A stretch of DNA of 48,651 nt from Candidatus Eiseniibacteriota bacterium (GTDB lineage Bacteria; Eisenbacteria; RBG-16-71-46; SZUA-252): contig JBGPHU010000001.1 of NCBI GenBank assembly GCA_041484545.1, positions 1 through 48,651 of the forward strand. Reading direction: 5' to 3'. The first letter of the stretch is position 1; every line of letters begins with the position of its first letter. The notes below the pieces were generated by a model. That model saw only the letters and a program-made list of their open reading frames with translations. It was not told the DNA's origin and searched no databases. A program made the translations under genes and the position numbers. Of the stretch, positions 8,861-17,208 are shown in pieces.

Positions 8861-9748
8861 ATGATCCTTGCCCAGATGTTCGGCCCGAGCGCTCTCGTGT
8901 GGGACGGCGTTTCTCTCCTCCCCGCCTCGCTCGATCCCAAGCTCCGGAAGGAGGCAGGCCGCGGCTCGAGCGTTATCGCCGTGGGGGACGAAGTCGAGGT
9001 CGCGAGTAACGGCCAAGGCGGGCTCTCGATCGTCGCCGTCGCTCCGCGGAGGACCCATCTCGGGCGGTCGAGCGGCGAGAACCGTGTGCCCCAGGTGATC
9101 GCGGCGAACGCGGAGCGGGCTGTGATCGTATCATCGGCCGACGAGCCACCCTTTCGCGCGGGACTCGTGGACCGATGGGCGCTGCTCGCGCACCGGGGAG
9201 GGCTCACGCCGTTTCTGATCCTGAACAAGGTGGATCTCGTGACGGTGGCCGAAGCCGAGAAGATGATCGCGGACGCCGCGGTGCCCCTCTCCTACATGCT
9301 CGGGAGCGCGAAGACCGGAACCGGCATGGAGGAGCTGCGCGAGTCGCTGCGAGGAACCACGTCGGTCTTCGTGGGACACTCCGGCGTCGGCAAGTCCTCC
9401 ATCCTGCGACGGCTCCTTCCAGACACGGAGATCACGACCGGCGAGATCAGCGGGAAATCGGGGAAGGGAAAACACACGACGACCAGCGCCAAGCTCTATC
9501 CATTGCCAGGAGGCGGACACGTGATCGACACACCGGGCGTTCGAAGCGTCTCGCTCGGTGAGACGAGCACCGCCGAGGCCGCCGCCATCTTCCCGGAAAT
9601 CCGAGACGCGGGTGGATGCCGTTTCAGCTCGTGCACGCACCGCATGGAGCCGGGCTGCGCCGTGCTCGAGGGCGTGCGGAGTGGCGCCGTCCCAGAGAAC
9701 GTGTACGCGCGCTACCGGAAGCTCCTGCTCGAAACGGAGAGCGAGTGA
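8861..9748 (+). CDS. rsgA: Ribosome small-subunit-dependent GTPase A
   Basis: 295 aa. Circularly permuted GTPase motifs LNKVDL, GHSGVGKSS and DTPG, plus the C-terminal zinc knuckle CRFSSCTHRMEPGCAV. Confidence 0.9.
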   Translation: MILAQMFGPSALVWDGVSLLPASLDPKLRKEAGRGSSVIAVGDEVEVASNGQGGLSIVAVAPRRTHLGRSSGENRVPQVIAANAERAVIVSSADEPPFRAGLVDRWALLAHRGGLTPFLILNKVDLVTVAEAEKMIADAAVPLSYMLGSAKTGTGMEELRESLRGTTSVFVGHSGVGKSSILRRLLPDTEITTGEISGKSGKGKHTTTSAKLYPLPGGGHVIDTPGVRSVSLGETSTAEAAAIFPEIRDAGGCRFSSCTHRMEPGCAVLEGVRSGAVPENVYARYRKLLLETESE

Positions 9749-11280
9749 GCGCGTCCACGGTGGAATCCAGGCTCGGCGAGCTTCTGATCGTCGGACTGCC
9801 CGGGACCGAGATCACCCCGGACGTCGAGGATGCCCTTCGCCGCATCGCTCCTTCCGGGGTCATCCTGTTCGCGGCGAATTTCACGGACGCCGACCAGGCC
9901 GCGCGGCTCGCCCGCGCGGTGCACGAGCGGGTCGGCTCGCCCGAGCTTCCCGCCCTGGTGGGAGCGGACGAGGAAGGCGGGATGGTCTCCCAGATCGCCG
10001 CCTTCTGGGAGGTGCCCCCTTCAGCGCGCGCGGTGGCGTCGTCCGGAGGCCCGCCGCTCGTCAAGGACCTGGCTCACAGGACCGCGCGCCGGCTCCTGGC
10101 GCTCGGCATCAACGTCGATTTCGCGCCGGTCCTCGACATCGATTCCAATCCGGCGAATCCGGTGATCGGGATCCGCAGCTTCGGCGCCACCGCTTCTCAC
10201 GTGACCGCCTGCGGGCGCGCCGCGATCGAGGGATTCCTCGCCGGCGGGATCATCCCGGTGGTGAAACACTTCCCCGGCCATGGCGACACGAGCCTCGACT
10301 CCCACGTCACCCTGCCGGTCGTGAGCGCGGACGAGTCGCGCATGAACCTGCGCGAGCTTCGCCCGTTCGAGGCGGCGGTGAACTGGGGAGTGCCGGTGGT
10401 CATGACCGCCCACGTTCACGTGCCCGCGTTCGAGCCGGATCGGGCGCGGCCCGGGACGATCTCGAGCCGCGTGGTTACCGACCTCCTGCGCGGCAGGATG
10501 AAGTTCAACGGCGTGGTCATCACCGACGCGCTCGAGATGGCGGGCGTGACCTCGATCGCGCCGTACGGAGAGATCGCGGTGCGCGCGATCGAGGCGGGCT
10601 GCGACCTCCTCCTCTATTCCAAGCTGTCCCCCGGCCCCGAAGAGGCGCTCGCCGCCCTGCGCGAGGCCCTGCGCTCGGGAAGGCTGAGCGAGGAGCGGAT
10701 CCAGGTTTCGCTCGAGCGGATCCGGGCGCTCCGAGCCGCAAGCGCCGCGCGGCCGCGCCCCTGGAGCGACGCGCTCGAGCGCGATTCGCGCCAGCTCATC
10801 GCTCCCGAGGAGCTGGAACGCATCGCCGAGGGTGCGATCCGCATGCTGAAGCAGGGGGCGGGCGGAATTCCGCTCCGGAATCCCGTGGACATCCTGGAGG
10901 TGAACCGGCCGCCCTCGCGCGCGGGAATGTCGGATCTTCTCCGCGCGCACGGCATGACCGTGCGCGAGATGAGCCCCGATCCCGCGACCTGGCCGACGCG
11001 CATCGCCGGCTCGGCGCTCCTCACGCTCGCGGCCCGGGCCACGCTCTCCGCCGAGGACGAGACGACCGCGCGCACGTGGCTCAAGCGCTTCCCGGAGACG
11101 GTGGCGGTCGCCTCGCTGAATCCGAACGTCACCGAGGGCTGGGACGAGGTCCGGACCGTCATCACGACGTTCGACAACACGCCTGCCAGCCGCCGCGCGC
11201 TCGCCAAGCGCCTTGCCGGCTACACCGAGCCAAAGCCCCGCCGCGGCGCTCCTCCGCCTACGCCCCCACCCCAGCGCTGA
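9745..11280 (+). CDS. nagZ: Beta-N-acetylhexosaminidase, glycoside hydrolase family 3
   Basis: GTG 9745 overlaps the rsgA stop. Motifs LIVGLPG, DEEGGMV, INVDFAPVLD and KHFPGHGDTSLDSH. The 5' part of track ORF 9616..11280 overlaps rsgA and is discounted. Confidence 0.85.
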   Translation: MSASTVESRLGELLIVGLPGTEITPDVEDALRRIAPSGVILFAANFTDADQAARLARAVHERVGSPELPALVGADEEGGMVSQIAAFWEVPPSARAVASSGGPPLVKDLAHRTARRLLALGINVDFAPVLDIDSNPANPVIGIRSFGATASHVTACGRAAIEGFLAGGIIPVVKHFPGHGDTSLDSHVTLPVVSADESRMNLRELRPFEAAVNWGVPVVMTAHVHVPAFEPDRARPGTISSRVVTDLLRGRMKFNGVVITDALEMAGVTSIAPYGEIAVRAIEAGCDLLLYSKLSPGPEEALAALREALRSGRLSEERIQVSLERIRALRAASAARPRPWSDALERDSRQLIAPEELERIAEGAIRMLKQGAGGIPLRNPVDILEVNRPPSRAGMSDLLRAHGMTVREMSPDPATWPTRIAGSALLTLAARATLSAEDETTARTWLKRFPETVAVASLNPNVTEGWDEVRTVITTFDNTPASRRALAKRLAGYTEPKPRRGAPPPTPPPQR

Positions 11281-11522
11281 CGCGGCCACTTCGAGCAGCC
11301 GACGCTCCGCGCGACGCAAAAGAGCACTCGAGTCATCAGGGGATGCGCGCCTCATCGAGGAACCGAAGACACTGCGCCGCGTCGAGGTAGTCCTCGAGAT
11401 CGAACACGACAAGCTTCATGCCTTCGATCTTACCCTCCAAGGACGCCGCTGTCTTCCGTGCACGGCCCCGGACACGTAACCTTGCGCATAGCGTTGCAGA
11501 GCGGCAGGGCGGCAAACGAAAC

Positions 11523-11560
11523 GGGCGGCGCCTTGTGGGGCACCGCCCGGAGTTTTCGTT
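11523..11560. terminator. Intrinsic terminator between convergent nagZ and the HMA gene
   Basis: GGGCGGCGCC-ttgtgg-GGCACCGCCC (one mismatch) followed by GGAGTTTTCGTT. The reverse side is followed by CGTTTCGTTTG. Confidence 0.55.
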
Positions 11561-11578
11561 CGTCGGAACGCTACGAGA

Positions 11579-12103
11579 TCAGGCCTTATCCTTGTTCTTC
11601 GCCGGGCAGGTGACCGTGCTGCCGCCGGCCGCCATCGCCTTCATGAACGCGGCGCGGGCGTTCGGACCGTCCGACTTGAACGTGCAGGTGAAGCCGGCGT
11701 CCTTGACCGCCTTGGTGATCGCGCGCTGGTCCACCTTCTTCTCGGCGACGATGTATGCGGTCTTCGTGTCGAGATCCACGTGCACGCAGTGGACGCCCTT
11801 CTGAGCCATGGCCGCGCTCTGTACCTTCTTCACGCACGCGCTGCAGTGCATGTCGTTCACCGCGAAGCTGTAGACGGCGTGGCTGGCCCCGTACGCGCAG
11901 GCCTCCTTCGATGCCGCGGAGGCGCCCATGGCGCAGTGGTCGCCGGCCGAGACCGAAGCCGCCGAGGCTCCGAACGGGCAGTGGACTCCCTGCTTCGAGG
12001 CGCCTTCGCTCTTGCCGGTACACATGCTGCCCCCGGCCCAGGCCGAGGTCGCGAGACACAGGGCGCCGAAAATCGCGGGGACGATCAAGGCATTACGTTT
12101 CAT
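11579..12103 (-). CDS. Exported heavy-metal-associated (HMA) domain protein with a Cys/His-rich N-terminal region
   Basis: 174 aa with a signal peptide (LCLATSAWA). The HMA fold with MHCSACVKKV metal loop reads YSFAVNDMHCSACVKKVQSAAMAQKGVHCVHVDLDTKTAYIV. The preceding region has spaced Cys/His (CTGK, HCPF, DHCAM, EACAY). Confidence 0.75.
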   Translation of the reverse strand: MKRNALIVPAIFGALCLATSAWAGGSMCTGKSEGASKQGVHCPFGASAASVSAGDHCAMGASAASKEACAYGASHAVYSFAVNDMHCSACVKKVQSAAMAQKGVHCVHVDLDTKTAYIVAEKKVDQRAITKAVKDAGFTCTFKSDGPNARAAFMKAMAAGGSTVTCPAKNKDKA

Positions 12104-12182
12104 GATGGGTCTCCTTCTACGGTACGGGTTACGGTAATTCCCTCTGGCGCATTGTACACCCCGCGCCCGCCCGCCTCTCCAC

Positions 12183-13403
12183 CTAATTGGAGGCGCTCCG
12201 GGCGTGGTTTTTCATGTATTCCTGGACTCCTCCCGCGAGCCGCTCGGCCACCTTGGACTGGAACTGCGCGTCCTTGAGCATGGACGCCTCGCGTGGATTG
12301 GTGATGAACGCGGTCTCCACCAACACGGCGGGTATGTCCGGAGCCTTGAGAACCACGAAACCGGCCTGCTTCACGCCCCGCGTGCTCAGCCGGTCCTCGT
12401 CTTTCAGCGCGTCGACCAGATTCTCGGCCAGCTCGCTGCTCCGGCGGACGGTGTCGTTTTGACGCAGGTCGAAGAGAATTCCGAGCAGATCCTCTCCACC
12501 GCCCGGCGCGCCTCCGCCGATGAGGTCGGCAGCGTTTTCAGCCTCAGCCAGGGACCGCGATGCCTCATCGGTCGCGCCGGTGAGCGAGAGGAAGTAGACC
12601 TCCGTCCCGGTGGCGTCGTGGTTCCGGCTCGCGTTGCAATGGATGCTGATCATGATGTCGGCCTGGAATTTCCGCGCGATCTCGACTCGCTTCCGGAGGG
12701 GGATGAAGTAGTCCCCCGAACGGGTGAGCACGGCGCTCACGCCCGGGATCTGCTCCAGCTCCCCTTTCAGCTTTTTCGCGATGGCCAGCACGATATCCGC
12801 CTCGGGTAGCCTCCGGTACCCTACCGCTCCGGTGTCGTCGCCTCCGTGGCCGGGATCGATTGCGACGATGAGCCGCTTCGATTTCTTGATCTCGGTCACC
12901 TGCTGCTGGAGATTCGCCTCGGCCTGCGGATTGGGCGGGGCGGGAACGTCGATCACGATCCGATCGGGAACCCCGTCGGCGGCGGCGAGAACGAACGCGA
13001 GCGGCGTCACGGCCTGCTTGAGCCCGACCCGAACCACGACCCCCGAGTCCGAGACCGTCGGGAAGATGTCGGCGACCAGGCTGTCCCCAACGAACTCGGA
13101 GGTCACAGCGAGCGACTTCCCGGCCCGGGGAAGCACGATCTCGTACGAGGCCGGCCCCGAGAGCCGGAAGCGCGGCGCGACGGGCGGCGGTCCGGAGAGA
13201 TCGAAGACCAGCCGCGTGTGATCGGGCGCGGTCCAGAACCGTATCCGGACGAGCTGGGTGGCGGGCTTCGGCGCGCGCGGCGGAGTCCTCGCCGCCTCGC
13301 GCGGAGGCGAATTGGCGCCCAGGAGTGCTAAGCCCAGAGCCAAAATGGAGAGGCCCGTCCAGGGCCCCCGTCGTCGGGGGGCTGGTCCGGGCCTCGATCC
13401 CAT
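12183..13403 (-). CDS. N-acetylmuramoyl-L-alanine amidase (AMIN domain + Amidase_3)
   Basis: 406 aa. AMIN-like N-terminal domain (VRIRFWTAPDHTRLVFDL). The catalytic domain has IDPGHGGDDTGAVG, SIHCNA and AVLVETAFITNP. Confidence 0.9.
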   Translation of the reverse strand: MGSRPGPAPRRRGPWTGLSILALGLALLGANSPPREAARTPPRAPKPATQLVRIRFWTAPDHTRLVFDLSGPPPVAPRFRLSGPASYEIVLPRAGKSLAVTSEFVGDSLVADIFPTVSDSGVVVRVGLKQAVTPLAFVLAAADGVPDRIVIDVPAPPNPQAEANLQQQVTEIKKSKRLIVAIDPGHGGDDTGAVGYRRLPEADIVLAIAKKLKGELEQIPGVSAVLTRSGDYFIPLRKRVEIARKFQADIMISIHCNASRNHDATGTEVYFLSLTGATDEASRSLAEAENAADLIGGGAPGGGEDLLGILFDLRQNDTVRRSSELAENLVDALKDEDRLSTRGVKQAGFVVLKAPDIPAVLVETAFITNPREASMLKDAQFQSKVAERLAGGVQEYMKNHARSASN

Positions 13404-13431
13404 CTGTGCGGGAAGCGTTCTCAGCTCGCGA

Positions 13432-15006
13432 TCATCCTTGTGGGTCCACGGCGAGGAACTGCGTCGAATCCCCGCGCTTGACGAGCATCACGATGGGCTT
13501 CCTAGGGCTCTTGGTCTTGGCCCGATTGATCGCCGCATTGTAATCGCGGACGTCTTTCACCTTCGTGTCGTTCACTTCCTTGATGACGTCGCCGCGCTGC
13601 AGGCCCGCGTCATCGGCGGGGCTTCCCTGACCCACATCGGTCACCACGACCCCGCTCTTTTCGCCGACATTGTTCTCCTTGCTGAAGTCGCCGGTCACCG
13701 GCTCGACCGACAACCCGAGAATCTCGGTCGGCGGCGCGTTCTTCTGGCCGATGGCCTTCTCGTCGGGACGCTCGCCCATCCGAACCCAGAGATCCTGCGC
13801 CTGCCCGTCGCGCAGCACGTGCACGCGAACCTTCTTGTGGACCGGCGTGTCCGCGACGAGAAGACGGAAATTCTGCACGTCAGAGACTTTTTGACCGTCG
13901 AACTCGGTGATCACGTCTTTCACGCGGAATCCGGCGCTGTCGGCGGGGGTGCTGGGGTTGACGCTGCCGACGAGAACGCCGGAGACGTTCCGAAGGCCCC
14001 ACGAATCGGCCAGCTCGGGCGTCAGCTCCTGGGGCGCGATGCCCAGCCAGCCGCGTGTCACCCTGCCGTGCGCGATGAGCTGCCCGGAGATGTGCTTCGC
14101 CATGTTGATCGGAATCGCGAAGCCGATACCTTCGCCCGAGGGATTGATGGCGGTGTTGATGCCGATCGCCTCCCCGTGGATGTTGAGGAGCGGGCCTCCG
14201 CTGTTCCCGAAGTTGATCGAGGCGTCGGTCTGGATGAAGTCCTGATAGGCAGGGGCGCCGCCCACGATCGAAAGATTCGTCCGTCCCTTCCCGCTGATGA
14301 CCCCGACCGTCAGGGTGCCCGAAAGCTCGCCGAGCGCGTTCCCGATGGCCACCGCCCAGTCGCCGATCCGAACGTCGTCGGAGTCGCCGAGCGGCACGAC
14401 CGGAAGGTCCCCGTCCGAATCGATCTTGATGACCGCCACGTCGGTGCTGGGATCGGCTCCCACCACCTTGGCCTTGAACTTCCGCTTGTCGTTCAGGATG
14501 ACCGTGATGTCGGAAGCGTCGCGGATCACATGGTTGTTCGTGAGAATCCGGCCGTCCTTCTCGATGATGAACCCGGAACCGCTGCTGGGCACCTTCTGCG
14601 TGTGCGGCGATCTCGGCTGGCCCTGGCCCTGGCCTTGCCCCTGCCCGCCCTGGCCTTGCCCCTGCCCACCCTGGCCCTGGTCGGGCTGGTCCGGGAACAG
14701 GCGCTTGAAGAAATCGCCGTAGGGCCCTTCGAAGTTGAATTGCGGCGAGCCTTGACGCTCGACGTCGCGCTTGGTCTCGATCGTCACGACCGCGGGGAGC
14801 GTATTGTCCGCGATTGCCGTGAAGGGACTATCGAGCGAATTCACCGCGGGGGTGACGGCTTCTCGCGCCTGGGACGTGGGCGAGAGGCTCAGATTTCCCG
14901 AGAGGATGAATCCGACGACGATGCCGAGCAGCAGGATCCCGCCCGCAAGGATGAGCACTTTCGCGGCACGGATGGTCTCTCTTGATTCCATTCCTTCTAC
15001 CTCCAT
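13432..15006 (-). CDS. htrA: HtrA/DegP/DegQ-family periplasmic serine protease with two PDZ domains
   Basis: 524 aa. Catalytic motifs TNNHVI, DVAVIKI and GNSGGPLLN, followed by two PDZ-like regions. Contains a (GQ)n low-complexity insert. Confidence 0.92.
   Translation of the reverse strand: MEVEGMESRETIRAAKVLILAGGILLLGIVVGFILSGNLSLSPTSQAREAVTPAVNSLDSPFTAIADNTLPAVVTIETKRDVERQGSPQFNFEGPYGDFFKRLFPDQPDQGQGGQGQGQGGQGQGQGQGQPRSPHTQKVPSSGSGFIIEKDGRILTNNHVIRDASDITVILNDKRKFKAKVVGADPSTDVAVIKIDSDGDLPVVPLGDSDDVRIGDWAVAIGNALGELSGTLTVGVISGKGRTNLSIVGGAPAYQDFIQTDASINFGNSGGPLLNIHGEAIGINTAINPSGEGIGFAIPINMAKHISGQLIAHGRVTRGWLGIAPQELTPELADSWGLRNVSGVLVGSVNPSTPADSAGFRVKDVITEFDGQKVSDVQNFRLLVADTPVHKKVRVHVLRDGQAQDLWVRMGERPDEKAIGQKNAPPTEILGLSVEPVTGDFSKENNVGEKSGVVVTDVGQGSPADDAGLQRGDVIKEVNDTKVKDVRDYNAAINRAKTKSPRKPIVMLVKRGDSTQFLAVDPQG
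14617..14690 (-). repeat. In-frame Gly-Gln microsatellite-like tract inside htrA
   Basis: Encodes QGQGGQGQGQGGQGQGQGQGQ. The DNA is reiterated ctggcc/ttgccc units. Confidence 0.8.
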
Positions 15007-15037
15007 CTCGACGTTGCGTCCGACAGGACGCGGGGGA

Positions 15038-15370
15038 CTACTGGGTCTGAGCCGCGTCCGGAGCGCGAGCGCGGATCGACTTCAGCTCCTGCTCCTTCGC
15101 GGCGATCAGTCCTTCGATCGATTGGACGAGTGTCTTGAGACGCAGGGTTTCGGGATCGTCGGTCATGCTCTCGAGCCGCTCCGCGCCCCACAAAGCGAGC
15201 ACGCGCTCGCCCAGGTGAGCCTGCGTCCGACCGCGGTCGCGGCGGAGCGAAACGAGATCCATCTGGAGCACGCCCGTTCGAACGACGCGTTCCGCTTCCT
15301 TCCGGGCTTTGCCCGAGGCGGAGCGGAGCTCGTCCTGAACGCGGTCCCAGAAGCCGGTCGTTGTCGTCAT
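15038..15370 (-). CDS. Hypothetical coiled-coil protein (110 aa), first gene upstream of htrA
   Basis: ORF with high third-position GC, 31 nt upstream of htrA on the same strand. No recognisable motif. Confidence 0.5.
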   Translation of the reverse strand: MTTTTGFWDRVQDELRSASGKARKEAERVVRTGVLQMDLVSLRRDRGRTQAHLGERVLALWGAERLESMTDDPETLRLKTLVQSIEGLIAAKEQELKSIRARAPDAAQTQ

Positions 15371-15528
15371 AACCTATCAACTCCCAAGGTTTTGCCCTGT
15401 GTTCAATCTAGGAAGGCCGGGTACGCTCTGTCAAGCTGGTATACCGCCTTTCGGAGGATGCGGTTCCAGTCGGGGCGTGGGACGAACCGCGCTTGCCCAT
15501 GGAACGACGCCCCTTATACTGACGCTGC

Positions 15529-16287
15529 ATGCCCGAACCCCGATGCGCCTATTTTGTCGCCGACGCCCATCTGGGCCAGGGCCCCCCCGACTCGAATCGT
15601 TCCCGAGAGCGGGACCTTCTCCGACTCTTCGACACCGTGCTCGCCGAGCGGGCCGCGCTCTACGTTGCCGGGGACCTGTTCGACTTCTGGTTCGAGTACG
15701 GCCATACGGTTCCCAAGCGATACGTCGGAATCTTGCACAAGCTCGGGGAGCTTCGCCGCGCGGGCCTCTCGGTTACATATGTCGGCGGAAATCACGACTT
15801 CTGGATCGGCGATTATCTGCGCCGTGAGCTGGACGTCACGTTCACCGACACCCCCCTCACCCTCGCCATCCAGGGCCGGAACATCCTCCTGGCGCACGGA
15901 GACGGTCTGGGCCCAGGGGACCACGGCTACAAATTGCTGAAGCGCGTTCTCCGGAACGGCCTCGCACGCGGACTCTTCCGCTGGATCCACCCCGATATCG
16001 GGATTCCGCTCGCCACCATGATCTCCCTCACGAGCCGCCACCACGCCCCGCGGGCGCGCCGCAGCGAGGAATGGCTCTTCCAGACTCTGGGCAGGCCCGT
16101 GTTCCGCCAGGGTTACGACGCCCTCGTGCTCGCCCACTTCCACGTGCCGGTGCACCGTCGCGAGAGCGACGGGGAGCTTCTGGTGCTCGGGGATTGGATC
16201 GAGCGGCGGACCTACGCGCGGCTGGAAGGTGGCGTCTTCCGGCTCGAGGATTTCCGGGACGGCCCCGGCTCTAGAGGCGGGCGTTGA
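15529..16287 (+). CDS. lpxH: UDP-2,3-diacylglucosamine hydrolase (calcineurin-like metallophosphoesterase)
   Basis: 252 aa with FVADAHLG, GDLFDFWFEY, GGNHDFW and LAHGDG motifs. Confidence 0.85.
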   Translation: MPEPRCAYFVADAHLGQGPPDSNRSRERDLLRLFDTVLAERAALYVAGDLFDFWFEYGHTVPKRYVGILHKLGELRRAGLSVTYVGGNHDFWIGDYLRRELDVTFTDTPLTLAIQGRNILLAHGDGLGPGDHGYKLLKRVLRNGLARGLFRWIHPDIGIPLATMISLTSRHHAPRARRSEEWLFQTLGRPVFRQGYDALVLAHFHVPVHRRESDGELLVLGDWIERRTYARLEGGVFRLEDFRDGPGSRGGR

Positions 16288-17188
16288 CCGATACGAAATG
16301 GGTGGTGCCGAGGTCCGAGGAGAACGGCACGAGAGCGTAGTCGAAGCTGAAGCGGCGCTGGATCAGCCCCACCCCGAAGCTCATCTTCTCGTCGTCGTAG
16401 CCGAACTTGGCGCCCGCCCTGAGCGCGATGCGCTCTTTGTACTCGAACTCGCCTCCGACGTTTACCCGCGTATCGTCCCCGCGCGCATTCCGCACCTCCG
16501 CGCTCAGGACCCCTTTGCCCGAGAGGCTCGGGATCGCTCGCGTCAGCGCGGCGCCGGCACGGATGGTCCGGGGAAGCGGGAAGGGCACGGCTCGGAACGT
16601 GGCGTCTCCGCCGAGATTCTGGAGCGCCGCCCCGAGCGACAGGCCGGAGTGACCGAGCGCGACCCGGCCGCCCAGATCGAAGGCCACCGCCGTCGCGTTT
16701 TCCTGGTCGATCATCTCGCGAATGAACTTCACCGCGATTCCGCCCGTCGCCTGCCCCGCGAAGCGGTGGGCGAACGCGCCCGTGATCGCCAGGTCGTTGA
16801 ATCCGAAGTGCCCGGTGAGATTCCCCACGTCGTCCCGGCTCTCAAGCTCCGAAGTGTAGAAGCCCGAGATCCCGAAACCGAGCGTCCCGGCCCCGATGGA
16901 GCGCGAGACGGCCGCGAATTCCTGGCGGAAGTCCTGGATCCATTCGTTGTGCATGACCGTCACCTGGGACCCTTCGGCTCCGCCGAGGCCGGCCGGATTC
17001 CAGTAGACCGCGGTCGGATCGTTGGCGAGCGCGACGTACGCGCTGCCCATGCCCATGGGGCGCGCCCCGACGCCCAGCTTCAAGAAGGCGAAGCCGGCCT
17101 CGCCGGCCGCCGCGCGCGCGCTCCGCGGCGCCTGGGACGACGCGAGAAGTACGACCGCAAGTGCGAGAACAATCGAAAACCGATGCAT
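16271..17188 (-). CDS. porV: PorV/PorQ-family outer-membrane beta-barrel protein (T9SS-associated)
   Basis: Real part of the fused track ORF 16271..18049. MHRFSIVLALAVVLLASS signal, FLKLGVGARPMGMGSAYVALANDPTAVYWNPAGLG hallmark, alternating beta-strand pattern. An alternative ATG at 17212 overlaps the upstream stop as ATGA. Confidence 0.75.
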   Translation of the reverse strand: MHRFSIVLALAVVLLASSQAPRSARAAAGEAGFAFLKLGVGARPMGMGSAYVALANDPTAVYWNPAGLGGAEGSQVTVMHNEWIQDFRQEFAAVSRSIGAGTLGFGISGFYTSELESRDDVGNLTGHFGFNDLAITGAFAHRFAGQATGGIAVKFIREMIDQENATAVAFDLGGRVALGHSGLSLGAALQNLGGDATFRAVPFPLPRTIRAGAALTRAIPSLSGKGVLSAEVRNARGDDTRVNVGGEFEYKERIALRAGAKFGYDDEKMSFGVGLIQRRFSFDYALVPFSSDLGTTHFVSVNARL

Positions 17189-17208
17189 GGGCTTCTCCTC
17201 GAATGGAG

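Noticed and set aside
10021-11412. 463-aa ORF antisense to nagZ
   Set aside because: nagZ (GH3) motifs are on the plus strand. The antisense frame is R/G-rich.
13258-14985. 575-aa ORF antisense to htrA
   Set aside because: The opposite strand carries unmistakable HtrA catalytic and PDZ motifs. The antisense frame is R/G/A/D-rich with no motifs.
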